Assembly: GCF_006345805.1 (NCBI RefSeq)
Contig: NC_043009.1
Location: 26,536,001-26,600,000 of the forward strand
Direction: 5' to 3'
DNA: 64,000 nucleotides
Origin: Octopus sinensis
Lineage: Eukaryota
The notes beneath the pieces are model-generated. The model did no database searches. It had not been told where the DNA came from and saw only the letters and a program-made list of their open reading frames with translations. Every line of letters begins with the position of its first letter. Position 1 is the first letter of the stretch. Made by a program: the position numbers and the translations under genes. Positions 1 through 12,748 of the stretch are shown here, piece after piece.

Positions 1-128
1 GAAACCATGCCAAATCAGACTAGAACCTGGTGCAGCTCTCCAGCTTACCAGTTCCTGTAAAACTGTCCAACCCATGCCAGCATGGAAAGCAGATGCTAAA
101 TGATGATGATGATGATGATGATGATGAT
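1..128 (+). mobile_element. 3' tail of RTE-type LINE/SINE ending in (GAT)n
   Basis: Similar to the reverse complement of the 3'UTR attached to the RTE RT at 1165-1420 (tccaacccatgcYagc...aaa.GATGATGAT). Confidence 0.75.
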
Positions 129-543
129 TACCCCTAGAGGGGTTCCCAAGTAAGTCACAAGACAAAGAAAAATCACTTCAGTTGTAAAACGGTGGATATT
201 CTTCAGATCCTAGAACAACAAAATGGTAAGTCATTCGGAAATGGTATGAAATCTTGGAGACTGCAATGTAAGAGAATAAAGGAAGAAATGCTTCTTACCA
301 ATGTCACTGTCTTTGGAAGCCATTCTAAAGGAAGACCCAGTTGTCTGGAGGAAGATGTGACTGAAACAAAAACCAACAGTAAGAAACAATAATTCTATAT
401 ATATATCATTTAACAGCCATCTTCCATGAATGCATGGGTAGGATGGTTCACAGGAGCTGGCCAGGTAGAAAAACTACCCTATGCTATTCATAAGTGTGTG
501 TATATAAGTATAGGTGCATACATATATATACAGAGAGAGATGT

Positions 544-603
<60 letters not shown>

Positions 604-635
604 TTACTTGGCAATGGATGCATGGCATTCAATCA

Positions 636-687
<52 letters not shown>

Positions 688-746
688 CATATTATTATTT
701 GATTGAATGCCACACATCCATTGCTAAGTAAGTTTATATATATATG

Positions 747-777
<31 letters not shown>

Positions 778-1130
778 ATCATCATCATCGTTTAACGTCC
801 GCATTCTATGCTAGCATGAGTTGGACGATTTTGACTGAGGGCTGGCGAACGAGATGGTTGCACCAGTCTCCAATCTTGATTTGGCAGAGTTTCTACAGCT
901 GGATGCCTTTCCTAACACCAACCACTCTGAGAGTGTAGTGGGTGCTTTTTACATGCCACCGGTACGGTGACCAGTCAGGCGGTACTGGCAACGACCTCGC
1001 TCAAATCCTTTTACACATGCCACCAGCACAGGTGCCAGTAAGGCGCCGTTGGTAATGATCACACTCGAATGGTGCCCTTTTACATGCCACTAGCACGGAA
1101 GCCAGTTGGCTGCTTTGGCAACGATCACGC
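778..1130 (-). mobile_element. RTE 3'UTR fragment with ~65-nt internal tandem units and (GAT)n tail
   Basis: Same sequence family as 1165-1420 (ggttggYgttaggaaRggcatccagc.gtagaaactctgcca); three internal units starting ttttac(ac)atgccac. Confidence 0.8.
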
Positions 1131-1164
1131 TATACATATATATATAAGTATATATAAAAGTATA

Positions 1165-2566
1165 TCATCATCATCATCATCATCGTTTAACGTCCGTTTT
1201 CCGCGCTAGCATGGGTTGGACGGTTCGACCGGGGTCTGGGAAGCCAGGGGCCGCTCCAGGCTCCAGTCTGATCTGGCAGAGTTTCTACGGCTGGATGCCC
1301 TTCCTAACGCCAACCACTCTGTGAGTGGAGTGGGTGCTTTTTACGTGCCACCTGCACAGGGGCCGGGGGGGCCAGTATCGGTCACGATCGGTTCGAGCTT
1401 TTAACGTGCCAGCGGCACGGGGGCAACGGGATCCGGGGTACTTTGAATGGGTAGGGGGTATGTGGAATTGCTGCAGAAAGCAGCCCGGGTCTTTGCAGTC
1501 ACAGTATATCTCCAGAGATCTCGGTCCTTCGCCATTGCCTCAGTGAGGCCCAATGCTCTGAGGTCATGCTTGACTACCTCATCCCATGTCTTCCTGGGTC
1601 TACCTCTCCCCCTGATACCTTCAACTGTTTGGGAGTGGCACTTCTTCACACATCTCTCTTCATCCATCCGCAGCACATGACCATACCATCGCAAGCGTCG
1701 CTCTTGCACACCACATCTGATGCTTCTTATATCCAGCATTTCTCTCAGGATGCTTACACTCTGTCTTGCATGCACACTGACACTACACATCCAGCGGATC
1801 ATGCTAGCTTCATTTCTTTCAAGTCTACGCATGTCCTCTGCAGTCACAGCCCATGTTTCATTACCGTGAAGCATGGCAGTTCGTACACATGCATCATACA
1901 ATCTACCTTTCGCTCTGAGGGAGAGACCTTTTGTTGCCAGTAGGGGTAGGAGCTTTCTGAACTTTGACCAGGCTATTTGTATTCTAGTGGTGATACTCTC
2001 TGTGCATCCACCTCCGCTACTAACTTGGACACCCAGGTAGCGGAAACTATCAACTACTTCTAGTTTCTCTCCCTGGAGTGTGATGGAATCTGTATTCTGA
2101 GTGTCTGTTGTGTCTATTGTCCCTGTGCATCTGCCGCACATGAAAGCTATCTTATCTGTTAATTTCCCTTTAATGTTGCTGCACCTCTTATGTGTCCATA
2201 GCTTACATTGGGTGCATCTTATGGAGTTTCTACCTGTACCTTTCCTACAGATTGAGCAGGGCCACCTACCCGAGGGGGTGTGTGCTGAGTACCTCTTGCT
2301 GCTTACTAATACTTTGGTCTTTGCTACATTTATTCTAAGGCCCTTTGATTCTAACCCTTGCTTCCACACCCAAAATTTCTTTTCTAGTTCCGGTAGTGAT
2401 TCTGCTATGAGAGCTAGGTCATCGGCATAGAGGAGCTCCCAGGGGCATCCCGTTTTGAATTCCTCTGTTATTGCCTGAAGGACTATGATGAATAAAAGGG
2501 GACTGAGGGCTGAGCCCTGGTGCACACCTACTTCTACCCGGAATTCTTCACTATATCCTAACCTTA
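1165..2566 (-). mobile_element. 5'-truncated RTE-clade non-LTR retrotransposon (C-terminal RT, 3'UTR, (GAT)n tail)
   Basis: ORF 1401-2603(-) contains GVHQGSALSPLLF, YADD (2418-2429), LEVVDSFRYLG and RRLRWYGHV..GRGRPRKTW, typical of RTE RT and C-terminus; tail at ~1165-1185. Confidence 0.93.
1401..2566 (-). pseudogene. RTE reverse transcriptase C-terminal half, open frame, with embedded PHD finger
   Basis: About 388 uninterrupted codons; the first ~12 aa of the listed ORF are microsatellite. C-x2-C-x10-C-x2-C-x4-H-x2-C-x14-C-x2-C at 2127-2258. Confidence 0.88.
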
Positions 2567-2934
2567 TGTATATGTGTGTGTGTATATATATATATACACA
2601 CATATCTGAGTGGTCTTGTTTATATTAGTTTTGTGTTTTGCATACATCATAACTATGTCTCCATATATGAAGAAGGAAAGGAATATTTTAAAAAGCATGC
2701 AAGGATATAATTGTATCATTTCGTTATTTGGAGAAGAAAATTTATGGAACAGAACAAAACTTGCAGAGATTACAGTAATTACAAAAGAGAGGAAACAAAT
2801 GAAACCATAAGAATTGAATTAGATTTTACACCACTTCATCACTGTTTCTCATCATCCATCTACTTTCTACGTCAACCATTCACACTTTCTGGAACTAACC
2901 CCTAAATGTCCCGTATCTCTTGCTCAAATGGTAA

Positions 2935-3820
2935 TAGGCCGACTTTTCCTTACATCTTTTCGAGGTCGATGCAATAAGTACCAGTTATGTACTGGGGTCG
3001 ATGTAATTCACTAGCCTCCTCTCCAAAAGTTTCAGGCTTTGTAGAAAGAATTATTATACTAAGAAATAAGACGGCGAGTTGGCAGAAGCGTTAGCACACC
3101 GGCAAAATGCTTATCGGTACTATGTCTGTCTTTACGTTCTGAGTTCAAATTCCGTTGATGTCGACTTTGCCTTTCATCCTTTCGGGGTCGATTAAATAAG
3201 TACCAGTTATGCACTGGTGTCGATATAATCGACTTAATCCGTTTATCAGTCCTTGTTTGTCCTCTCTGTGTTTAGCCCCTTGTGGGTAGTAAAGAAATAG
3301 AAATAGGTATTTCACCCATCACTAAGTTCTGAGTTCAAATTCCGTCGAGGTCGACTTTGCTTTTTATCCTTTCGGAATCGATAAATTAAATACCAGTTAA
3401 ACAGTTGACTCGATGTAATCGACTTGTCCCCGTTCTCCAAAATTCCAGGCCTTGCACCTTTAGTAGGAAAGATTATTTCGCCAGAAAATATTTACACCGT
3501 CCCCCAATGTTTGTCAACCCTAAATAGGTTCATAAAGAAAGCATTAGGCATTACGCCTTTCGGGGTCGATAAAATAAGTACCAGTTGAACACAAAGCTTG
3601 ATGAAATCGCTTTACCCCTTCCTCTAAAAGTGTTGGCCCTTTTGTGCCAAAATTTGAGACGATTATTATTTTTATTATCCTACCGAGGTTATTTTTATCA
3701 TCCTACTTTTCATCTCTCGATAAAATAAAGTCTAGTCAAGGACTGGAGGCATCGATAATCTCAACAAAACCCTTTCCCTCACAATTACTGGCCTTGTGCC
3801 TATATTACTAACAATCAATA
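2935..3820 (+). mobile_element. Cluster of SINE family B copies (full dimeric copy ~3070-3480 plus partial copies)
   Basis: Repeated ggcgagYtggcagaa..gttagcac.ccgg..gagttcaaattcc..gtcgactttgcctttcatcctttcggggtcgat..aagtaccag; A/B-box-like head; many copies in the window. Confidence 0.85.
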
Positions 3821-4233
3821 CAACTTTACGTAAAGTTTAAAAGTTAAATTAGACGAAACTCACTAACATCGTGTTAAATAGAACAAAGAATCCGGTGTAC
3901 TTACTTATCTGTGTTGTATCATTAAAATCAGACACGATAACGGACCCAAGAACTAAATAAATGTACAAAGACAATCTCGAAATTGGAACCAAAACTTCGG
4001 CCGTTGTCAGGGTTTGAATTTCCCTTAACAACAGTTAACTACAAAGCTAGTGTCCGTTTATAAACCGCAGCTGCGTATTACTAACAGGTGGCTGATAATC
4101 AGTAATTTAAGTTTTAATTATCAGAGCACTAATATAATATATTATATATATAAATAGATATATATGAAGCGATATCTATAAGCATTTACTCTCACTATCA
4201 AAGAAGGCTTCATGATGAACTTTTTAGTCCTCT

Positions 4234-4595
4234 AGGCAAGAATGGCTGAGTGGTTAAGCAGCTGGCTTTGCAACCGCGAGCTTTTAGGTTCAGTCCAACT
4301 ACGCAGCACTTTTGATTAGTGTTCTTTTATTGTATATTTCTGGGCTGACCGTTGCTTTGTGAGTGAATCTGGTGGTCGGAAACTATATGGAAGCTCGTCG
4401 TATATGTATGTGTGTGTGTGTGTGTGTGTGTACGTTTGCGTGAGTCCTACCTTACTGCTTGACAACCGGTACTGGTTTCTTTACGTCCCATAACTTAGTG
4501 GTTCGGTATAAAAGACATGAGTTGTTCGTTTAAATTGTTCAAGACGGTGCCCCAGTTTGGCCACAGTCCAATAACTAAAACAAATAAAAGATGAA
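4234..4595 (+). mobile_element. SINE family A (tRNA-like head, internal (TG)n), diverged
   Basis: tggctgagtggttaag..ggttcagtcc head; body and tail match the reverse complement of 5810-6327 and 54040-54975. Confidence 0.75.
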
Positions 4596-4771
4596 ATATG
4601 GAGAGAATGCCTTACGGTATTTTTAACAACGACCCTTTACGTTCTGTTTCCAATTCGGATGAAATCAATTTTGCTCGTCATCCTTCCAGGGGGCGGTAAA
4701 ATAAAGTTTCATCCAAAAACTAAGATTGATATATATATTCCTGAAATGTGTTGGAGATATAGATGGAATTA

Positions 4772-5701
4772 TTGGGACTTCCCGTAAATAACGCGGTTTT
4801 TTCAATTGTATGAACTAAAAGTCGGAGGGAGACGGGATAAACTACCTGCGTCAACTTGCTATAGAAGCAGGTAGTAATTTTATCTTGTATTTTTTCTTAG
4901 TGCAAGTTTTGAAGAGTGCAGTTCGATTTTAACAGTTATCTTTTCAAAGCTACAATGTAAGTGACAAAGGAGCATATTCAGTATATTTTGCTTTATGAGT
5001 TCAATAAAGGCAACAAAGCAATGGAAAATGCGAGGAATATTAATGCAATATATGGGGATTGGACAATAAGCATAAGCCAGTGTCAATGGTGGTTCCAGAA
5101 ATTCCGAGCCAGAAACTACAGCCTACAAGACGAGTTTCAACCTGGATGATCTGTAGAGCTCGACGAGGACGTCTAGAAAACCCTGGTGGAACAAAATCCC
5201 AACGTAACTGTTGAGTAACTAGCAGAGAATTTGGAAGTTGGTCATTCAACCAGTCATTCAAGTCAGCGCTAGAAGAAAAACGACCATCTTTGGTTTTTAA
5301 GACGAAAGGTGTTCTTCCATCAGGATAATGATCGGCCACATACAGCGAGGATGACATTCCAAAGGTTGGAGCAGCTTTGAATAGGAAACGATGTCCTACC
5401 CACCATATTCACCGGACTCTGCCCCTACCCGATTATCATTTATTCTGCAGTCTTAAAATCATTTGGATGGAAAAAGTATGCATTGTGTAGAGAGGTCAGA
5501 ACAGTACTGGAGGAGAATTCTTCGTCACGGACAAGTGAATTTTGGAATAGGGATTTTGCAAGTCCACCAGATAAATGGAATAGCATTGTAGAAGATGAAG
5601 GAGAATATATTTTAGATTTTAAAAAGAGCTTTGTTTAATCTTAATTTTGAAAAATAAAAGAAGTAAAAAAAAAAAACTGCATTATTTATGGGATGACCCA
5701 A
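4772..5701 (+). mobile_element. Internally deleted mariner (DD34D-type) transposon with both TIRs and TA TSD
   Basis: TA|TTGGGACTTCCCGTAAATAACGCGGTTTTT ... AAAAAACTGCATTATTTATGGGATGACCCAA|TA. Decayed transposase from 4955: HTH (KEHIQYILLYEFNKG..SQCQWWFQKFR), FHQDN, PPYSPD and C-terminal IVEDEGEYILD; central region missing. Confidence 0.93.
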
Positions 5702-5809
5702 TATAATAGAAGACAACGTAAGATAGAACCTGTTACTTTACAATTTCTCCCGGACCCCTTACGCTGTCTTCTTCTATTTTAATTTCATCGACATTTACGA
5801 CGATGAACT

Positions 5810-6327
5810 TATTTCAGTCATTAGACTGCGGCCATGCTGGAGCACAGCTATGCAGAATTTCTAGTCAAATGAATCAAGTCCAATTCTTATTTTGAAGTCT
5901 GGTACTTATTGTATCAGTCTCTTTAACCGAAACACTAAGTTAAGGGGACGTAAGCATACCAACACTGGTTGTCAAGTAGTGTTAGGGGACAAACACAGAC
6001 ACAAAGATACACACACACATACATATACACACACATACATACACACATACATACATACATACATACATACATACATACATCATACATATATACGTACGTA
6101 CATTTATACACAAATACATACACACATACATGCATACACACACACACACACACACACCACACACACAAACACACACAAACACACACACACAAACACACAC
6201 ACACACAAACACACACACACTACGGACTTCTTTCAGTTTCCGTCTACCAAATCCACTCGCAAGGCTTTGGTCGGCGCGTGGCTATGGTAGAAGACACTTG
6301 CCCAAGGTGCTATGCAGTGGCACTGAA
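5810..6327 (-). mobile_element. SINE family A, head cut off by hAT-like terminus
   Basis: On the minus strand: caccttgggcaagtgtcttctac..gtagacggaaactgaaagaag..tgctccagcatggccgcagtc; sequence stops abruptly at 6327. Confidence 0.85.
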
Positions 6328-6520
6328 CAGTGACGTAGCTAATAGGGAAGCAAGGGGAGCGAACGCTCTCCCTAAATTTAGTATCTGCCATATCGGCCTC
6401 AAGCATTTTACTATGGCTTCCCTCGGTACAAAGTCGATTTTTTTTATTTTTCACAAGATATGTTTTGTATATTACCGTCTTTCTCTACGTCGCGTAAATT
6501 AAATCACTGGGAGGGAGCAA
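6328..6520 (-). mobile_element. hAT-like DNA transposon terminus (partner end not found)
   Basis: CAGTGACGTAGCTA..GGG terminus resembling the TIR at 9469/9645 begins exactly where the SINE is truncated; the internal extent is uncertain. Confidence 0.5.
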
Positions 6521-7287
6521 CTTCACATTATCACCTTCTTTTTTTAGTAAACCTTGGTATTTCTTTAATTCTTCTTTGTTAATAACAATATTTTCTCAGG
6601 AGCGAGTTGCTGCACTCGCAAAATTTATTTTTGACTTTTCCTCTTGTTTAGTAACCTCGCTCGACATCTTGTCGTCTGCTTTTGTAACGCTCACGTGAGA
6701 CGCCTCTTTACTTTTACCTTCCTCCTCCCACATATTCGCCTTCATAAGTTTTCCTCGGACTCGGAAGAAATTGGTGGCAAATTCATGTTTTTTTCCCGCT
6801 TCCCCCTTGAAAGAAGGGGGAAAGTGGTAGTTTATCGGAATATCGTTTTTTGGTTCGTGTGTAGTTCGTGGAGAGTTTGTTGGAGTGTTACGTTGTTGTT
6901 ACCCTGCTTCGTTGTATATTTATTTTATTGTTACTACATGGTTATAGGGTAAACAAGCATCGTTATTAACTTTTTTTTTTAATAAAAAGAAAAAAGAGAA
7001 AAAAGAACAGCGGGCGTCGATTTGTTTCTCTCATTAATATCATTATTTCGTTTATCATTTCATCTCATTAATGTAATGTCCAGCCCGCAGCTACATCCGT
7101 TAATGCCCTTGTGGCAAATTCTATGAATAAAAGTATCGTCATAAATAGTGGCGATACTACAATTATTGACGACGTGTAACAATAAAAAGAGTGAACCACA
7201 TTCGAACTGAGTATTTTGGAAGTATTTATAGATTCACCAGAGTCAGCAACATAACAATTTACCATGAATACAGATGGAAATATTTCG

Positions 7288-7443
7288 GGTGATCCTTCGG
7301 AAGTGGCGTTGTTTACATTTCTGAAGATAACAGAAACCCTTTTCTCCCACCCCTAACCCTAACCCTAACCCCCATATATATAAAAAAAAAACACTTTCTT
7401 GAAATGTATCTGGTACTTCCGGTACGTATACCGAAGTTACGCC
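7288..7443. repeat. Small MITE-like element with internal (CCCTAA)3
   Basis: (CCCTAA)3 at 7351-7368; near-palindrome acttccggtacgtataccgaagt near the right end; weak terminal inverted similarity. Confidence 0.35.
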
Positions 7444-7646
7444 ATATTTCGTAAAACATAATACGAAGAGAAAGTGCGTTTATGAATCTATATTTCGTTT
7501 TAAATATTTCTTTCAGTTGTGTGTGTGTAAACTTTTATTTCCAATCTGTACGGAATGTAATGGAATAAGTGTAGAAGAGAAATAACTCTAAAATTATAAG
7601 CAAGAGCTACTTCCCTTGCATGCCTTCTCGTGCGCTGCATAGATTG

Positions 7647-8029
7647 TGGCATTCCGTCGGTTACGACGACGGGTGTTCCAGTTGATCCGATCAACAGAAC
7701 AGCCTGCTCGTGAAATTAACGTGCAAGTGGCTGAGCACTCCACAGACACGTCTACCCTTAATGTAGTTCTCGGAGAGATTCAGCGTGACAAAGAGCGTGA
7801 CAAGACTGGTCCCTTTGAATTACAGGTACAGCAGAAAAAGGAAGAAAGAGAGACAGAAAGTTGTGGTGATAGAGTACAGCAGGGTTCACCACCACCCTCT
7901 GCCGGAGCATCGTGAAGCTTTAGGTATTTTCTCTCAATAAACATTCTCAACGCCCGGACTAGGAATCGAAACCACGATCCTACGACCGCGAGTCTGCTGC
8001 CCTAATCACTGGGCCCATTGCGCCTCCAC
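7647..8029 (-). mobile_element. tRNA-derived SINE family C (3' module 1)
   Basis: Minus-strand head gtggaggcgcaatgggcccagtgattagggcagcagactcgcggtcgtaggatcgtggtttcgattcc with A and B boxes; same head at 31420 and 60437. Confidence 0.88.
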
Positions 8030-8471
8030 GCTGAATAGATAAATTGCATTCAAATGTAGATATAAATATGCACGCTACGCAGCCTACCAAACACTTACAC
8101 ACATGCACATACACACGTGATAAGACACCGACATGCAATCCATTCCAAACTATGAGTTTAGATTTGTACCAAGATTTCTACCAATAGTAATGAACGTATT
8201 TTGCTCAATGACAAATTACGTAAGTATTAATCTTAGGAAGCTGGGGTTCACAAAATCAGAAAGAAAATAGCTAATCAGAAAGATTACAACGACAAGCTTA
8301 TCCAAGGTTCTGTTGGATTATGTAAAATATTCAGGACGTCCAGCATGTCATAGAAGCCATGCAAGCGTGTAATCATGTGTACGTACACAAAGATATGTAT
8401 ATGCATGCGCACATGTACACACATACAGCTCTTATATGTACACACTCACATATGCACACACACACACACAT

Positions 8472-8510
<39 letters not shown>

Positions 8511-9468
8511 ACGTCTTTGCTGGGTGTCCGAACTCGTCGTCCACGACAACAACAAATTTCCAAAATAAGTTTGGAAAAATGTTGAAGTGTCAACTGAATG
8601 GACTTAAATAGGGATTACATGACCAGAAAGGATTAATACGGAAATAGGAAGCAATGACTTAAATAAATAAAGGGTCAGCGTCGACCTCTGTAACAGAAAC
8701 AAACACAAACGTACACAAACATGTTCCTCTGATATTTCTATTTATTAGACATCAATCTGTTAATGATTCACTCTTATGCTTCGTTAAGAAACGAAGCCGG
8801 AATATATTTTTCAAATCGCTGACTATGGCTCTGATTTGCTATTCATCTTTAGTCACCAAAAAAAAAGAAATCCATTCTTTTTGGAGAATCTCTGTAAACA
8901 TCAAATAGAAGGCAAAGCAAAAAAAAAAAAAAATGATGTTGAGTAATCTCCCTTGACTCTATCTTTTATATATAAATACGCGCACACACACGCACTTACA
9001 CACACGCATGTAAGATACGAGTTTTCTCCCCTGCATTACTATCTCCATTAACCTCCGTACGTAATTCCTTGAACGGCATCGACCGGTAAGTCAATGGCTT
9101 AATCCGTTGACTCCGTAATCGATATGACACGTTTTAACTCAGCTCTTTCGATGCCGCTTCTTTGGCGACGATAATTCGATGCTGATTTAATTGATACCAA
9201 ATGTTTTAGCGTTTCTCTCGTTCTCTCTCACCTCTTCTCCCCTGTCCCTCCGCCTCTCCCTTTTTCTCCTCCCCTTCTCTCCCTCTTCCTCCTCCTCTCT
9301 GCTTGTTACGTGTGTGAACATATTTCTTGTTGAGTGTTTGAGCAGAGAAGGAAAGTATTTATCTCTATGATATTCAATTAACAAATTATAATCCAGCTTT
9401 CTCCCCCCTCTCTCTGTCTCTCTCTCAATCTCTCCTTCCCCTCTCTCTTTCTCTCTCTCTCCCTCACT

Positions 9469-9645
9469 CGCTAACGTAGCTAGGGGGAGCGGTAGGGGCG
9501 GTTCGCTCCGGGTGACACTTTTAAAGGGGCTGCACTTTTGATCCTGTCGTAGGCTATTGCTGTAGGCAATATGTGTTTTTTGTGGGCTCCGGGGCGGCAT
9601 ACGGAAGGGCTGCCCCGGGTAAAACACTCTCTAGCTACGCTAGTG
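9469..9645. mobile_element. 177-bp hAT-like MITE with 5-bp TSD (TCACT)
   Basis: Left CGCTAACGTAGCTAG versus reverse complement of the right end CACTAGCGTAGCTAG (13/15); TCACT at 9464-9468 and 9646-9650. Confidence 0.7.
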
Positions 9646-9884
9646 TCACTCTCCCCGCCTCTCTCTCCCTCTCTCTCTCTCCTCTCTCTCTCTCCCCCTC
9701 TCTCTCTCTCTCCCTCTCTCTCTCTCCCTCTCTCTCTATTCGAGTCTCTGTGCGTATTTCTCTTAATGTCTATGGAGAGGGAATGTTAATATCAATGTCA
9801 AACGTGTTCAATTAACAAATTTTAATCTCTCCTTCTCCCTCCCTTTCTCTTTCTCTGAATGTGTATATTTCTACTCGGGCGAGC

Positions 9885-9930
<46 letters not shown>

Positions 9931-10397
9931 CGTGTGTTCGTGTATGTATGTATGTTCATGTGTAAGTTCGCGCGCGAGTATATATATGTGTGTGTGTCTG
10001 TGCGTACCTCTGTGTGTGTCTATGTGTGTCTGTGTGTGTCTCTGTGTGTGTATGTGTGTGCATGTGTTCGTGTGTGTGTGTGAGTTTGTGTGTGTATGCG
10101 TGTGTGTGTTTGTACGTGATGTATGTGTATGTGTGTCTGAGTGTGTATGTGTCTGTGCGCTCGTGCTTATGTGTGTGTCTGTGTTTGTCTCCAACGCCAA
10201 AGGTACTGTCCTTAACACAAGTTGAAAATCCAGTCAGCCGCGCCAAATTGTCGGCGCCCAAACAGCTGCGCCCAAACAGCGATGCCCAACCATTTCATTA
10301 CGCTTGGTAATACATCTTTCTTTCCAGCATCTTTCATATCATCTTTGCTTGTGACGCAAAACTCTGAGCAACAAAGGAGAAACCCTCAACTAAATAT

Positions 10398-10710
10398 GAG
10401 CATGGATGAATGATTTTAAGAACTTTGCTTCTTAACCATGCAGTCACTGGTTCGATCTCAATGGGTCCTTTTTATAGTCTCAGGTCCACTACAACCTTGG
10501 GCGTGAATCTAGATAGGTAGAAACTGCGTGTAAGCCTGTCGTCACATGGATTGTAGCTGTTATTTAAAAGATCCAGCATTATCACACCTCTACATGCTAG
10601 TTCTATCCGAGAATGATATTCCTATGTCTGTGGAATATTCGGCCACTTCACGCTCAAATTCTGTGAGTAGATGACACAGATGATCGATCGAACCACTTCA
10701 TGGAATGTCC
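10398..10710 (+). mobile_element. Old chimeric SINE (family A-like head, family C module-1-like tail)
   Basis: tRNA-like head with ggttcgatc and ggtagaaactgcgtgtaagcctgtcgt; tail tgtctgtggaatattcggccactt resembles the minus strand of 7720-7750. Confidence 0.5.
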
Positions 10711-10851
10711 ATCATGTACTCATGCATACACACACTCATACATACATACATACATACATACATACATACATACATACATACATACATACATACATACACA
10801 CATACATCTAAAGTGTAAGAGACATACAGGCAGATCGGCAGACAGACAGAC

Positions 10852-10937
<86 letters not shown>

Positions 10938-11893
10938 ACAGACAGACAGATACATACATACATACATACATGCACGCATACATGCATGCATACATACATA
11001 CATACATACATACATACATACATACATACATACATACATACATACATACATACATACACATATACATAAGCGCATGCATGCGCACCGTTCTGTATGTTGT
11101 CTTATAACAAGCTGAACTTTTTAAATACCTTTAATCGCTTGTCACTCTAATCTTCTGATTAGGTATGTTCCTTCTAGATTTGTGTATCCCAAATTCCCCA
11201 CCACCACCACCACCACCAGCACCACCATAACCGCCCACCGTTTCTCCTTTTTTCATGATTCCTTATAAAAGTAATTCTGGGTTTCGCTTCCTTTTTTTCT
11301 CGATAAATAAATTTTTTATAGTTCTTATAATTTACTTTTCATTCTTTTCTGAATTTGAAAATATGTTGCTAAATAAAAATACACGTTTGAAAGCGAAAAC
11401 TTTTCAAAATTGGTATTGAGCGATGGATTAGTTAAATCACAGAGCCAAGAACACCAATTAGGAATTAGAGAAATCGAAAGATTTTGACTAAATGAAATGT
11501 ATGTATGTATGTGTGTATGTATGTCATCATTCAGTTTTATTTCAAGATTTCTTGCCAATAGAGAAAGAGTCAGTTTCTAATCTAGATCCAAAGCTCCTTC
11601 ATTGGAATTTCAACATCAACAACAGGGTATTTTCTATGAATGCATGCATGCATGTATGTATGTATGTATGTATGTATGTATGTATGTATGTATGTATGTA
11701 TGTATGTATGTTGTATGTATGTGCGTGTGTGTATGCGTGTGTGTTTGTATGTATGTAAATATATATACGTGTGTGTGTGTATTATATGTATGTATGTATG
11801 TACGTATGTATGTATGCATGCATGCATGCATGTATGTATGTATGTATGTATGAGGTAGACGTCTTAGTTTGCCAAGTGAAGATATAAATATAA

Positions 11894-11958
<65 letters not shown>

Positions 11959-12038
11959 TAGATATAGATATATATATATACATATATACCTACATACATA
12001 TATATACACATACATACAAACATACATACATACATACA

Positions 12039-12161
<123 letters not shown>

Positions 12162-12714
12162 GCTCAAAGTCACGTTCCAATGTAAAAACACTTCGGGATT
12201 ATTAAGTGCCTGGCGCTTTGGGGATTCCATAGATCAGATATTCTTTTACAGCACCCTTCACCTCATTCTCACCATCATCATCGTAATCGCCAACATCATC
12301 ATGGTTAGCATCATCATCATGGTTATTATCATCATCACCATCACTACCACCACCACCAATTACTACAACAACAACAACAACAACAGACACAGGCGTTAAT
12401 CCTCGTCGATCACTCTTGAGAATTCTCATCAATCACACTCGAGTTATGTCGAGCAGCAGCAGCGGAACCCTACGTAAGAAACTGACTGATATATGTATGT
12501 GTGCATGTGTGTGTGTGTGTGTACGGGGAAAGGGCGCACGCGTGTGTATATATGTATATGTATATATATATACGTATGCATATGTCTGTGTATATATATA
12601 TACACACATACGTACATACATACATACACACATACATACATTCACATACATACATGCATACATACATACATTCACATACATACATATTTACATACACACA
12701 CACACATACATACA

Positions 12715-12748
<34 letters not shown>

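Noticed and set aside
192-392. 66-aa ORF with VTVFGSHSKGRP
   Set aside because: At best a decayed RTE C-terminal fragment; too weak to call.
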